Source: Hypanus sabinus (taxonomy: Eukaryota). Taken from it: a DNA stretch of 64,000 nucleotides. Position numbers and translations under genes: made by a program. This document shows, piece by piece, positions 12,741-26,681 of this stretch; position 1 is the stretch's first letter; the number at the start of each line of letters is the position of its first letter. The notes under the pieces are model-generated. The model was not told where the DNA came from. It searched no databases and saw only the letters and a list, made by a program, of their open reading frames with translations. The stretch spans positions 109,430,001-109,494,000 of the forward strand of contig NC_082715.1 of NCBI RefSeq assembly GCF_030144855.1, read 5' to 3'.

Positions 12741-15169
12741 TTGTTTACAAAAAAGAAGACAATTGGAACAAAAAAGTCAATTTTGGTGCAAAATGATGAT
12801 AGTGCAGCTATGAACTGTCCTTTTCTTTGACAATCCTCAGCAGTCCACCCCTCTGCAGGCAAACCTTGGCCATGAGTTGATAAGTAGCAAGAATGACTTT
12901 GCTGTAAGTGCCAGGAAGTGATGAAGTTGAGAAATGTTGCCCCCTGGTACAGAGACTCTAGTTCACAGGATTGCAGCTCTGTCACAGCTACAATCCTCCT
13001 CAGCATTGAGGACATCCTCAAAAAGCAGTGTCTTGAGCAGACAACATCCATCACTAAGGAACCTAACTATCACCTTTGTTGTTATTGGCAGAGAGGAGAG
13101 GTATGAACACAAAGACCCACAGTCAACTGTCCAGGAACAGCTTCTTCCCCTCAGATTTATGAATGATACATGAACATTGTTATTCCTTTTGTGCAGTTTA
13201 GATACTTCTGTATTTGATGTAATTTTATTTATTTGCACTGATATATAGATATATATATAGACCATATAGATTTTAAAAAACACAAATCCCACGGTGTTTA
13301 AGTCAGTGATAATAAATCTGATTGGACAGGAAACAATATTACCATTGTTGTGTCCCCCATCAGCAAGGTCCTAGGAGTCAGAACTCAAATGAACCAGCCA
13401 TGAGAGCAGGCCAGGCTTAGGCATCTCTATCAAGTGCCTCACCCTCTGGACATCACTGAAGCCTTTCTATTCATAAGTCACTAATGAAGAGTGTAATGGA
13501 ATACTCCCCTGCTCAGTGGCACACCAAGCAAAATACTATTACTTGCCCAGGTAATGTTAACACACCCCTCTTCCGCTACATGGGCAGCAGGCACACAGCC
13601 CACGACCCCCACCCTGTCCTACCCACTCTTTCTCAATGTCTGTTCACACACTTTGATTCCCTCTCTTCCCTGCCCTTATTGTTCCCACCTTCTTCCACTA
13701 TCCCCTATCCCTAAATTCCACCATTCAAGCTACACTTAAAAATTTCAATGTATCGAGAACCAGAGAGTACGGCTTTAGTTTAGTGGTATGGGGTTTAGAA
13801 GGGATCTGAGGAAGAGGAAGCTGGAGTCAGAAATGCCCTGCCTGGGACATTGAGAAGTTATATGGACAAGCATTTGCATCATCAAGGTGTAGAAGGAAAG
13901 GACTAAGTGCTGGTGAATAGGATAGGAACTAGTGGACATGTGGGCTGAAGGGCCTTTTCTGTGCTCTGTGAACTCTATGACCCTTCAAAGTGGAGATGGT
14001 GCCCTAGAGACTAGTGTTAGGTTGCCCACACTATGGAGTCCCACGTGGGCACCATCACCAAGTAGATTTGTTGAAAGAGTTTTGAGAATCTAGTGGTTTG
14101 GTGTCACAGCAGTTTCGCAGACACTGTTACTGAGGTAAGATTTTAGAAATCCGACTCCCGTTAAGGTTTGTAACAGACACACGATCCAGAGGGCCTACTT
14201 TCCACTCCCTTATGGGTCACCGTTGCAATCAGAATATTCAGAGATGTCAGCAAGAGTGACCAGTTTATGATTAAAAATACCCCAGCTGGTTCACTCAGGG
14301 CAGAAGAGCTGAATGGGGCCATTGCTCCCACCATATCCATGCTAGCCCTCAGAACAATCCAGTCCTCCCACTAACCGGTCATGCGGACAAACGCCACACC
14401 GCTCCCCCACCAGGCAGGGGGACAAATTAACCCAGTGGTTAGCAGGTCTTTGATTGGGAGAAACCCAATCCATCACAGGGACAACGTGCAATCTCCACTC
14501 AGAAGGCACCGGGATCGGCGGGGCTGAGAGTCAGCAATACTACCAGGGCACCACTATGCTGCTCAAGCCCTGAAGTGACATTGTCTGATGAGAAACAGAG
14601 CAGAGGTTCCACGTGTGGGGAGGGCAGTTCAATTGGTTTATTATTGTTAGACTGGTCTTGTGTATCGTTCGGACAGATCAGTTTATTACACTGTGCACTG
14701 AGGGGGAAGAGAAAACAAAAAAGGTGTACCATAAAAGATTATAGTTACAGAGATACTGCAGAGCAAAGGGAGACACTGAGGTGTAAGGTCAAAATGAGGG
14801 AGGTCTTGAGATCAAAGTCAAGATTCAAGATTCTTTGTTGTCAGTTTTCAGGACACAAGTGTAAAGGAAAATGAAATGATTGGTACTCAGGATTTGATGC
14901 TGCATAAAGACACAATAAGCACAACAACACAATAAATATAAAAGCAATTCTTTAACAGCAACCCGTAAGTAAATGGCTGTGCTTGAGGGGCTGTGGAGAG
15001 CAGCGGCTGAGGTGATGCAGTAGTTTTAGTGGCTGGTGGGATTAATTCAAAGATTGTGGTGTTGATTCGCCTAATGGTGTTGAGGAAGTAACTGTTTCGC
15101 TCTGCTCTGGCATGTCCAGGGAACTCAGAGACATGGAGGTCATTCATTAGCCTGGGGTGCGCCCTCTTC

Positions 15170-15820
15170 TCCGATGTACAGGAGGAATGGGGACGGGCTT
15201 CCCCCGATTCACATCAATGGATCTGAGTTTGAGAAGGTGAACAGATTTAAGTTCCTCGGCATACCCATCACCGAGGATCTCACGTGATCTGTACATACCG
15301 GCTGTATGGTGAAAAAAGCACAACAGTGCCTCTTTCACCTCAGTCGGCTGAAGAAGTTTGGCATGAGTCCCCCAAATGCTAAGGACTCTCCACAGCGGAG
15401 AGCATCCTGACTGGCTGTATTACCGACTCTGCAGAGAGTGATGCACACAGCCCAGCGCATCTGTAGATGTCAACTTCCCACTATTCAGGACATTTACAAA
15501 GACAGGTGCGTAAAAAAAAATCCCTAAGGATCATTGAGGACCTGAGTCACCCCAACCACAAACTGTTCAAAGCCGCTGCCATCTGGAAAACGGCACCGCA
15601 GCCCAAAAGCCAGGACCAACAGGCTCCGGGACGGTTTCTCCCACCAGGCCATCAATTCATGCTGATACAATTGTATTTCTATGCTCTATTGACTGTCTTG
15701 TTGTACATACTATTTATTATAAATTACTATAAATTGCACATTTAGACGGAGACAAAACGCAGTTTTACTTCTCATATATGTGAAGGATCTAAAAAATAAA
15801 GTAAATTCAATTCAAATTAC
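15170..15820 (+). mobile_element. Rex1/Babar-like LINE 3' fragment
   Basis: tttaagttcctcggc...gaggatctcacg, aaagcacaacagtgcctctttcacctc, gagagcatcctgactggctg; ends with aataaagtaaattcaattcaaa tail. Confidence 0.7.
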
Positions 15821-16199
15821 CTTTGCTCCCGTTCCGCTCTTTTCCCTCAGTGTGTGTGTATTTTTGACCTGCGCTTGTAGTTCATTGGGCTCATTTCTTT
15901 ATCAATGTTGTTTGAATAAACGCATGAAGCCCAGGAAATTGTTCAAATGCAATTCACTAAGCAGAACTGAGTTTCTGGGTTCCATGACATCTGCGCCTCC
16001 TTCGTTACCCGGCGCTTTACAGCCATTGTTTCTCTACTTACACACAATGCGTATCCCGCTGAAATGCAACTGGTGCAGGACTTCAAAACAATAGAGAGTC
16101 ATAGTGCCGAAACAGGCTCTTCTGTCCTCCAAGGTCGGGACTAAATCTGGATGTCTGGGGCCACGAGGCGAGGCAGTGTGCTGCCCTGAACCCAATTCC

Positions 16200-16310
16200 A
16201 GCAGCATAACAGAGCTAACGGCCTGGGTTCAATTCCCCACCGGGGCCTGGAAGGAGTTTTTTGCGTGTTCTCCCCGTGACTATGTGGTTTTCCTCCGTCC
16301 TCTTCTCAAT
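16200..16310 (+). mobile_element. V-SINE/HE1-like fragment (similar relics near 10555-10680, 14395-14560 minus, 37490-37570)
   Basis: Pol III B-box-like gggttcaattcc followed by V-domain-like ggagttt...gttctccccgtgac...gtgg...tttcctcc. Confidence 0.5.
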
Positions 16311-17559
16311 CCAGCTGCCACGCTACTTTAATTCTACCTCTCAGTTACTCTGTCATTGTGACTTTAACGTCTTTTTTCTTTGCTTCAGTTTACACTACTG
16401 TACTTGGCACCGATTTGTTGTTTTGTGCTCATGTCGCGATTTATTATTACAATGTACACTGTTTACTTCGTGAACTTCACAGAGGAGAGAAATGTAATTG
16501 GACCCTGGTGCATGAGACAATAAACTATTGTGAATCTGAAGCTCACCTGGGCTGTGCTCGAGAGGGAACTCCATACGCGATCAGCGCCTTCACACGAGAT
16601 GGCAGCAAAGTAGAATCCTCTATGTTGCACTGAGTCAGCATATGCCCATGTGTGTATACACACAGAGTCCAACAGCATTGTAACAGACCCTCCAGCCCAA
16701 GATGTCTATCCAGTTGCAGAATGAGGAATTAACTGCCAGGTACCGAGTCTAGTGATGCATTGAAGGCAGAACTACAGTCAATAAACAAGTCTGGTGTAGG
16801 TATCTGCTGTCCAGATGCCCCAGAGGTGAGTGTAGGACATGCAGATTGAGGTTGTCTGAAAAACTGGATTTAATGCATGCCGTGACCAGCCTCTCAAACC
16901 ACTTCTGGTTAGAGCCACTGGGCCGCTGAGGCACATTATCTTATTTTCTTGGGTACTGGGATGATAATCACTTTCTTAAAACAGGAGGGAACCACATTCA
17001 GAAGCAAAGAGAGATTTAAAATATCTTCAAGTACCCCTGCCAACCGACCTACACTGTCTTAAGAGCATGACCAGGGACACCAGCTGGGCCCAATGCTTTC
17101 AGAAGACTGATAAATTCAGGTACACTGGAGACTGTCAGGGGTTGCTCTTAATATACTTTGAGAAACTCTTAAGCTTCTCCTTTGCCTTAACTGACGGGAC
17201 TACCCCAGTCCACTCTTATAATTCTGATTCTTTTGTACACACATACACAAAGAACACCCGTTTCCTTGGTACCCATCCTTCACCCTTCACAATCCGACCC
17301 TGAGTTAACGGCACAAGAGAACGAGCATGAAGCCATTGCCATTACAGAGACAGAGGTGCAGGAGCACCAGAGGTGGGGCTGAATGTTCAAGGGTCTTGGA
17401 CATCGAGGTAGAGTGATAAGCTCAGCGTATTGGGGAGAAGACAGATTGACACGTTGGCTCCACTGCAGCAGAGGGGAGGATGGAGAGTGAACGCTGGTGG
17501 TGACTGACAGTAGGTTCAGAGACTCTTGGATGATGCTTTCTCTCCTGAGTACCTGGACA

Positions 17560-20270
17560 AATTATATCACTGTCAGTCTACAGGATAAAAGGGGTGGTCA
17601 ATGGTCCATATCAATTATAAATATGGACGGAGAAATGCCAGCTGCACTTTAATCCAGATGTGAGAATTGTTGCACTTTGGGAGGTCAGATACAAGGGGAA
17701 AGTATAGCATAAATAGCAGGATCATTTGGAGCACTGATGTACAGAACCTTGGTGTGCAAGTTCATATCTCTATGGAAATGGCAGAACAAGTAGAGTAACA
17801 GCAGACTTGCTTTAAAGAAAATAATGTGGAGGCTTTACAAGGCTCTGGTGAGGTCTCATTTGGAGTATTGTGAACAGTTTTGTGCCCATCATCAAAGAAA
17901 GAATGTGCTGACATTGGAGAGGGTTCAGCTGAGATTCAGAAGAACTACACTGGGAATGAAAGGGTTATTGCACGAGGAACATTTAATGGCTCTGGGCCTG
18001 CATGCACTGGAATTTAGAATTGGGGGGTGGGGTGAAGTCTCATTGAAAGCTATTGAAGTCTGGATGGGAGAGGATGTTTCCTATAGAGGGAATACTAGGA
18101 GAGGTTAGATAAACTTTCATTGAGAAGATGTTGGAGTCCAATATTAAGGATGAGGTCATGGGTTCACATAATAAAATAGGCCAAAGTCAGCATGATTTCC
18201 TAGGGGAAACCTTGCCTGACAATCTGCTGGAATTCTCTGAGGAACTAACAGGGAGGTTAGATAAAGGAAAGTCATTGGATGTTGTTTTCTTGGATCTTCA
18301 TAAGTCCTTTGACAAGATGCCGAGGCTGTTTAAAATGGAAGACACTGATGGTTTTGTGGTCATGTTTGTGGATGATACAAAGATCGGTGGAGGGGCAGGT
18401 AATGTTGACGAAGCAGGAATTCTGCAGAAAGAGTTAGATTGGGAGATGCTGGACTTTAGAATGAAGGGGAGCTCACTGAAACCAATTGAATATTGGCAGG
18501 GAGTGGATGTCAAGAGGATGCTTCCTACAGTGGATCAATCTAGGATCAGAGGGAACTCCATTTAAAACGAAGTTGAGGAGGAAATTCTTTAGCAAGAGGG
18601 TAGTGAGTCAGAATTCATTACCACAGGCAGCTGTGGAGGCCAGGTCATTGGGGGTATTTAAGGTGGAGGTTGATAGGTTTTTGATTAGGCAAAGTATGAA
18701 AGGTTTTGGGTAGAAGGCAGGAAATTGGGGTTGAGAGGAAAATAGATCAACCATTGTGAAATGGCAGAGCAGACTCGATGGGCCAAACAGCCCAATTCTG
18801 CTCAGGCAGATTGGGAAAATGGGCAATGAACTGACAGATGGAATAAAGTGTAGGGAAGTGTATGGTCATGCACGTTCGTGGAAGGAATAAAGACAGACTA
18901 TTTTCAAAAAAGGAAGAAAATTCAAAAATCAGAAGTGCAAAAGGATTTGGGAATCTTTGTGCAGGATTCCCTAAAGGTTAACTTGCAGCTTGAGTTGGTG
19001 GTAAAAGGCGGTAAATGTTAGCGTTCATTTCAAGAGGAGTAGAATACAAGAGCAGGATGTTATGCTGAGGCTTTTTAAGACATTGGTCCAACTGCACTTG
19101 GAGTATTATCAAGTTTTGGGCCCCTTATTTGAGAAAAGATATGCTGGCATTGGAGAGGGTCCAAAGGAGGTTCACAAGAATAATTCCAGGAATTAAAGGG
19201 TTAATATACAAAGGGTGTTTGGTGGCTCTGGGACTGTACTTGCTGGTTCAGAAGAACGGGGTTGGGGGTGATACCACATTGAAACTCAGCAAATATTGAA
19301 TAGTTCAAATAGAGTAGAAGCAGAGAGGATATTTCTGATAGTGGGTGAGTTTAGCACCAGGGGCCACAGCCTCAGGTTAGAGGGACGTCCATTTAGAACA
19401 GAGATGAGAAGGAATTTATTTAGCCAGAGAGTAGCAAATCTGTGGAGGGCAAGTCATTGAGGATATATTTAAAGCAGAAATTGATAGGTTTTTGATTAGT
19501 CAGGGCGTCAAGGGTTATGAGCAGAAGGCAGGAGAATGGGGTTGAGAAGAAAAATAAATCAGCCATGACAGAATGGTGGAGCAGAATTGATGGGCTGAAT
19601 GGCCTAATTCCACTCCTGTGTCTTATACATCGGGGTGTTGTGAAAAAAACTCAGGAAGTCATACTGCGTTTATAGAACAGCACACAGAAGATGCAAAATT
19701 AAACCTAGTAACCGAGTGTAAAACAAGAAATAAGAGAAGCAATTAAAAGGATAACACAATATAGTGTGACAGTCACCCATACAGAGATAGGACAACTAAA
19801 ACTTGTCATAATAAACAGGAAGATGCCTAGATTGGGGAGCATGCCTTACAAGAATAGGTTGAGTGAACACGGTCTTTTTTCCTTGGAGAGATGGAGGATG
19901 AGAGGTGACCTGATGGAGATGTATAAGATGATGAGAGGCATTGATTGTGTGGATCGTCAGAGGGTTTCTCCCAGGGCTGAAATGGCTAACATGAGAGGGC
20001 ACAGTTTTAAGGTGCTTGGAAGTAGGTACAGAGGAGATGTCAGGGCCAAGTTTTTTTTACACAGAGAGTGGTGTGTGTGGAATGGGCTGCTGGCGACTGT
20101 GGTGGAGGCGGATACAATAAGGTCTTTTAAGAGGCTCCTAGACTGGTACATGGAGCATCCATAAATAGAGGACTATGAATAACCCTAGGTAATTTCTAAA
20201 CTAAATATGTTTGGCATAGCAATGTGGGCCAAAGGGCCTGTGTTGTGCTGTAGGTTTTCTGTGTTTCTAA
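17560..20270 (+). mobile_element. Cluster of nested/tandem CR1 LINE fragments
   Basis: LYKALVRSHLEYCEQF, FLDLHKSFDKMP, FVDDTKIGG, LFSLERWRMRGDL motifs; repeated CR1 3'UTRs near 18790, 19610 and 20240. Confidence 0.8.
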
Positions 20271-22699
20271 GATAAATGCATGGAACACATTTGAGATTTT
20301 GCAAATTAACATTTTGAGAAACCAACTTGAGGAATGATTAGTCTGGATGTCTGTGCAATGAGAAAGGCTAATTGAAAATCTTGTTGAAGACCTTTGGAGA
20401 AGGGTTAGACATCGAGTTTCAAATTGATGTAGGTCACTGCAAAACCAAGGCCTTGAATCTAACTAGAAGACGCTATGAACATGTGAGAGGAACTCAGCAA
20501 AAGCTAAGAAATTGATAACTGAAGACGGAACTGCAGTGTAGACTGTCTCACTCCAGACAGTGAGCTAGTTGCTCAGAGATCTGATTTATAACGAGCATTT
20601 TCACAAACCAAATGTAAAACAATGGGCTATGTTAATTAGCTTACATTAAACCAGGCATTGGATACCTTCAGTAGTTGTGCCATATGTCAGGTAAGCTTCG
20701 ACAACTACTTACCAAACATGGCCACAGGCATAATTGTTCTATGAAAAATTGGGATATTTCTATAGCTAGAGAGTCAACCCTCACAACATTGATTTTAGTC
20801 TCTGGGTTCTGTCCTCAGTCTTTTGGACCATTCATGTGAATTACTTTGTCCCAGACAAGGTGTTTGAACATTCAGAAATGTATTGATAGGTTTAAAAAGT
20901 GTTCCCATTGTAAATATCTAACTCAACACAACTATTTCCCAAACATTTAAGTAAATTGTATTGAATGCTATTGTACTTGTTGAAATCTTGTGGATTCACC
21001 AGCTGGTCTACCTCAAACATGCTCCCTGTGATAGCTGTCTGATCTCATTTATCCGAATTAGACCCATATCCCACTATGCTGGTCTTTTCCAAACAGTGTT
21101 GCCCCCACCATCTCCTTTGGCTGTGTGTTCCATTATTACATCACCCTGTGTATGAAGTGTTAGCCTCTCAGATCCTATTTAAATTTCTGTGCTCTTGCCT
21201 TAAACCTGTGCCCTCCTGTTCTCAACTCCCCTAGGGAAAAGACTTGCCTATTTCATCCAAGCCCCTCAATTTCATAAACCTCTATAAAGTTACCCCTCGG
21301 ACAATTTCCAATGAAAATAGTTCCAATCTATCTGATCTCTCTTTTTAAACTACAGCCCTTCTTCACAACCCTATTTACCTCTGTTGCCATTGTCAGTGAG
21401 ATGTGGCCTTGCATCCTAAAACCACCACTACTAAGACCTCTACTATTTACATACTCTATATGTCCTACCAGAATTTCACTTCTCCAAGTACATTCCCCCA
21501 CTCAACTCTCCAGCTGATCTGCATCCTGCTGTGCACTCATGTTCATTCAAAATAGATATTGATATTGAATGATCTGCAGGAATGTCAAGAATGTTTGAAG
21601 GAATGTGTTGCCAGCTGATAGCTTGGGTGAAGCCAAAAGACCACAAACAGCAGGAAATATTGGTGGCAATTATTTACAAGTCAACAAAAAGCAGTTATAA
21701 TTTTGGGCATTATATAACTGGTGAAACTTGGTGTTGTAAGGTCTATTACATACAGACTCAGCAGGGTTAATTGGTGGAAAAATTGAAGAAAACAATTGAA
21801 GAAATCTAAGATTAACCTTTTGAAGAACAAAAGGGAAGAAAAGGCCATTTTATATACAGTATTGTTAAGAGAAAAGATTAACAACATTGTTGGAAAGGGC
21901 CATCTGGTTAAAATGATCAGAATATAACAATAATTTTGTATTTAATTCAATAAGTTTAAAATTTAATGAAAGGAAGTTAAGAAGATAAGAGGGAGTTAGT
22001 GCTTTTGGATAAACGATTGGCTTGAAGGCTGGAAACAAAGGGTGATGGTGAAAGGACTGGAGGCCCAGTACTAATCCATTGTCATCTATATTAAACATTT
22101 GCAGATGGCATAGAAGTGAATGAGGAATCTTAGTGGAAAACATTGAGGTAGATGAAGGGCAAGAGCAGGTGACCTACTCTAGTTCCAACTTCCCACATTC
22201 CAATCACTGATCAGAGTTATCAAACAGAAAACCTTGGTGGAGTTGCTCAGTCTCAAATTGGCAGTTGTAATATTGGTCAATTACCTGGTGAATTCACAGA
22301 AGACAACATTACAGTTCCACCAGAAATTTCAGACATCTGCTGAAGATGAGGAATTTAAGAAAACTTGTAATGTGCAGTGAGATTAAAAGCCATTTCTCTC
22401 CAAGTAGTCAATGATATACATCCCAGAAATGTGTATCTGTGCACAGGTTATCTTTTAACATTCTATAGATTCCACAATGTTTCCTGCAGAGCAGAGTAGC
22501 AAATCTGAGACTGAAGTGTGCCAAGACAGAACAGTAGGATTTAGCAGTCAGTAACATGCTTGATGACTGGACTTGTCTGTAGATGTTACTGGGAGTATGG
22601 ATAAGGGGAAATCAGCAGATTGTAGCTAATGGTAATAAAGTCCCATACAGGTCTGAGAAGCATATAGTACTTGGATTTGGGGGTAACATACCAACCTGG

Positions 22700-24550
22700 A
22701 AATCCTTTAAAAAATGTATTCATTTCCAATTATACTTGCCTTCATCAGTCAAGGCTCTGAGTATAAAAGCAGGCAAATCATGTTGTAGCTGTATAAACCT
22801 TTGGACAGGTTATATTTGGATTTAGTTCTGGTCAATGCATTAAAGGAAGGATGTAGAGGCTTTGGAGGAGGTGCAGAAGAGGTTCACCACAATGTTGCCT
22901 GGTTTGGGAGAGGTTGGATAAACTTGTATTGGGAAGGTGTTGGATTCTATTATTAAGAATGAGCTTGTGGGGTACTTGGTGGCACATAAAATAGGTCAAA
23001 GTTAGCATAATTTCCTTGAGGGGAAATCTTGCCTGACAAATCAGTTGGGGATTATTTGAAGAAGTAACATGCAGATAGACAAAGGAGAATCAGTGGATGT
23101 TGCTTACTTGGATTTTCATAAGACCTTCGACAAGATGTTGCATATGAGGCTGCTTAAGATATGTACCCGTGGTATTACAGGAAAGATACTAGCTGGGATG
23201 GAATGTTGGCTAACTGGCAGAAGGCAAAGAGTGGGAATTAAGGTGATCTTGTCTGGTTGGCTGCTAGTGACTAGTGGTGTTTTGCAGAGTTTGGTGTTGG
23301 GACCGCTTCTTTTCACGTAATAGGTCAATGATTTGGATGACAGAATTGATGGCTTCATGGCTATGTTTGAGGATGATGTAAAGATAGCTGGAGGGGCAAG
23401 TAGTGTTGAGGAAGCAGAGTCTACAGAAGCACTGAGATTGGGAGAATGGGCAATGGAGTAGGAAGTATTTGGTCATGCATTTTGGTAGAAGGTGTAAAGG
23501 CACAGACTATTTTCTAAGTGGGGAGAAAATTCAAAATCAAAGGTACAAAGGGACTTGGGAGTTCTTGGGCAGGATTCCCTAAAGGCTAGCTTGCAGGTTG
23601 AATCAGTGGTAAGGAAGGCAAATGCAATGTTAGCATTCATTTTTGGGAGGAATAGAATAAAAGAGCAAGGATGTAATGCAAAGGCATTGGTCAGACCACA
23701 CTTCGAGCTTTTTCTCAGCTCCTTTCCCAAGAAAGGAGGTCCAGAGGAAATTCATGAGAATTATTCTGGAAATGGAAGGGTTAACATAAGCAGCATTTGA
23801 TGCCTCCAGGCCTGTACTAGCTAGAGTTTAGACGAATGAGGGAGATCATATTGAAACCGACTTAATATTGAAAGTCTAGATAGAGTGGATATTTCCTGTA
23901 GTTGTTGAATCTAGGATCAGAGGGCATGACCACAGAATAAGTGACATCTATTTAGATGAGCAGGAATTTCTTAAGCCAGATGGTGGTGAATGTGTGAAAT
24001 TCATTACCTCAGACAGCTGCAGAGGGCAAGTCATCTAGTATATTTAAAGCTGAAGTTGATTGGTTCTTGATTACTCAGGGCTTCAAAGGTTATGGGGAGA
24101 AGGCAAGAACATGAGGGATAATAAATCAGCCATGATGGTTCATAACAGAGCAGATTTGATGGGCCAAATGGCCTAATTCTGCTCCAGTGTCTTACTTTAT
24201 TACTTTTCAGAGGCTGAGTGGTGATCTGATAGAAATATTTTGAGAAGCATTGATAGGGTAGATAGAATTATTTTCTTCAAGGTGAAAATGTCACTTAGAG
24301 GACAGAACTGTAATGAGAAACGGGAAGTTTCTATTGAGATTAGGAGACAAGTTGTTGTTTCACACAGAGGACAGTTGTGCTGCCAGGAGAGGTGGTAGAA
24401 ATAGATGCAATAGCAATGTTTGAAGCATTTAGACAAGGCACATGATCAAGTAAATAATGGAAGGATTTAGCCATATCCAGGCAGATGAGATGAGATCAAT
24501 ATAATGATCAGTACTGATGAGGTGGGCTGAAGGATCTGTTCCTGTATTGC
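22700..24550 (+). mobile_element. Nested CR1 LINE fragments
   Basis: DVAYLDFHKTFDKM, VTSGVLQSLVLGPLLF, VRKANAMLAFI; 3'UTRs near 24170 and 24530. Confidence 0.8.
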
Positions 24551-25739
24551 ACTGTTCTCTGGTTATTGCTTAGTACCTCTATGCTGTCTGTGTATTTGGT
24601 TCTTATAAGCAACATTGGGTCTTGCTGTATGCAGACAGTGAACACTGCACTCAGTGACCATTCCCACTTCTGACTCTGTGATGGAGCAGCTGAAGGTGGC
24701 TGGGCCAAGAACACTGCCCAGTGAGCTGCTGCAGAGGTACCCTCTGAAACAGCCATTTTCAAGGCATGAGGTACAACCAATAGGAAGCCTACTAATGGCC
24801 TTCTACCACCTTCCTGTTTAACTGGAGCTCCCATTTCAGTCAGTCACCTTCAAGGAACTTCTGCTCTTCAGTCCATGACTTGGACCCAGACTCTGTGACA
24901 AGATCTAGAACTGAGTGGTCCTTACACTACACCAACTGGCACAAGGTTATCAGTGACCAAGTTGGCATGCGATGTAGCAGATACAACCCAATACATTATG
25001 TGCACATTCTTCTGCACCATCATGCATCTACGAGATGTGGTGCCTTATAAGGCAACATCCAAAGATTCACACTCTCTGGGACACATCAACTTTTTTCAGG
25101 TCAAGAAGCCTCAAGTCCCATGCCTTTAGTTTCAAGAGCAGCTTCAGCTATTCAATTCTAAATCAACCAGCACAACACTGATCACTACCGAGGCTGTAGT
25201 TTCAGTGCTCTTGGCCCGTGAAATTTAGAGGAATGGAAGATGTCTGAATGGATGTAGGGAATGGTTCCTCGGCTGAAGGAACAGGCTGTTCAGTTCTACA
25301 GTACATGGGTCAACAGATTTCTGGACAGAGAACAGATATGGTGACAGTGCAGTGTGGGAAGGTGGGAGTCAGCTGCAACATTCATGGTCAGAGGAGCTAT
25401 TCAAGGTGGCCTATTGCTGCACCAATATACCTTACAGAGGTCCTCTGCCCCTTCACTCAACTCTCCTTTTTTTCTATCCCAATTCTCCCCTTGCCTTCCT
25501 CCACTTCGCAGTTGCTCATCTGGGGATCACTCCTCAAGTACCTGTAGCTCTCCTCCCTCCCCTCTCACTATCTGCCAGAACAGGAGAACACAACCGTCTA
25601 CCAGCAGGCTGGTTGTTGGTCACTCCCAGCTGGGGAAGGCACAGAATGGAACCATCCCATTGTCAGTGTGTACAGTGACTCAGTTTCCCACGCTACTCTC
25701 TGTGCAGGGGAAGTGATGGAGGAGATCTGGGCATCTAAA

Positions 25740-26671
25740 AAGGCATCTGACAAGGTCCCTTATGGGAAGCTCATCTAGAAGTTTAAGACTGAGTTAATAA
25801 ATAAATTATAAGGGGTATAAATAGGGTAAATGCAAGCAGGCTTTTTTCAATTAGGTTGGGTGAGATTAGAACCAGAGGTCATAGGTTAAGGGTGAAAGGT
25901 GACGCGTGGAACAAACTGCCAAAGTGTTGGATGCAGGTTCAATTTTAAGTTAATAAGTTTGGATAAATACCTTGTGGAGAGGTATGGTCTGGTTGCAGGT
26001 CAATGGGGACTAGATTTGCCAAGAGGGCTGTTTCTGTGCATGGGGTCCACAGTGAATTGGCCATTTAGATTCAAAATTGATCTGTCAATAGAGGAAAGAG
26101 GATAGTGGTCAATGGGACTTACTCTGGTTGGAGGTCCATATCCATTGGTATTCCACAGGGACCGGTACTATTTGTGATTTATATAACTGTCCTGGATGAA
26201 AAAGTGGTTGGGTGGCTTTGAAAGTGGGTGGTGTGGATAGTCTCAGATTGTCAAACAGTGGGATATAGATCAGTTCAAGTGGAGATATGCCAAGTGTGAG
26301 GTGCTACACATTGGAGTATTGCAATCAGTTATGAATGCACCATTATAGGAATGGTGTAGAGGCTTTGGAGAGGTATACCAACATGCTGCCTGGATTACAG
26401 AGCAGATGCCGTAAGGAGGTTGGACAAACCAGGGCTGTTGTTTTTCTGGAGCGGCCGAAGCTCAGATCTGATTGAAGTCTTTTTCCCCAGGGTCAAAATG
26501 CCTAATACGAGAGGGTGTGAATTTAAGGTGATCTGGGGGTGGGGCTATGTTTAAAGGAGATGTGTAGGGCATGTTTTGTTTAACAGAGTGGTGACTGCCT
26601 GGTATGCACTGCCAGCTACAGTGGGGGACGCAAGTATGATAGGTCATGGAAACTGTGTAGGCAGTGGGATG
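25740..26671 (+). mobile_element. Degraded CR1 fragments; the last one is the target of the Penelope insertion
   Basis: CR1-type RT and 3' sequences; the CR1 3'UTR resumes after 27927 (cagtgggccaaagggc). Confidence 0.55.
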
Positions 26672-26681
26672 AGTTTAGTTA

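Noticed and set aside
16200-16310. tRNA gene (B-box-like GGTTCAATTCC)
   Set aside because: No cloverleaf or acceptor stem; continues into a V-SINE-like body.
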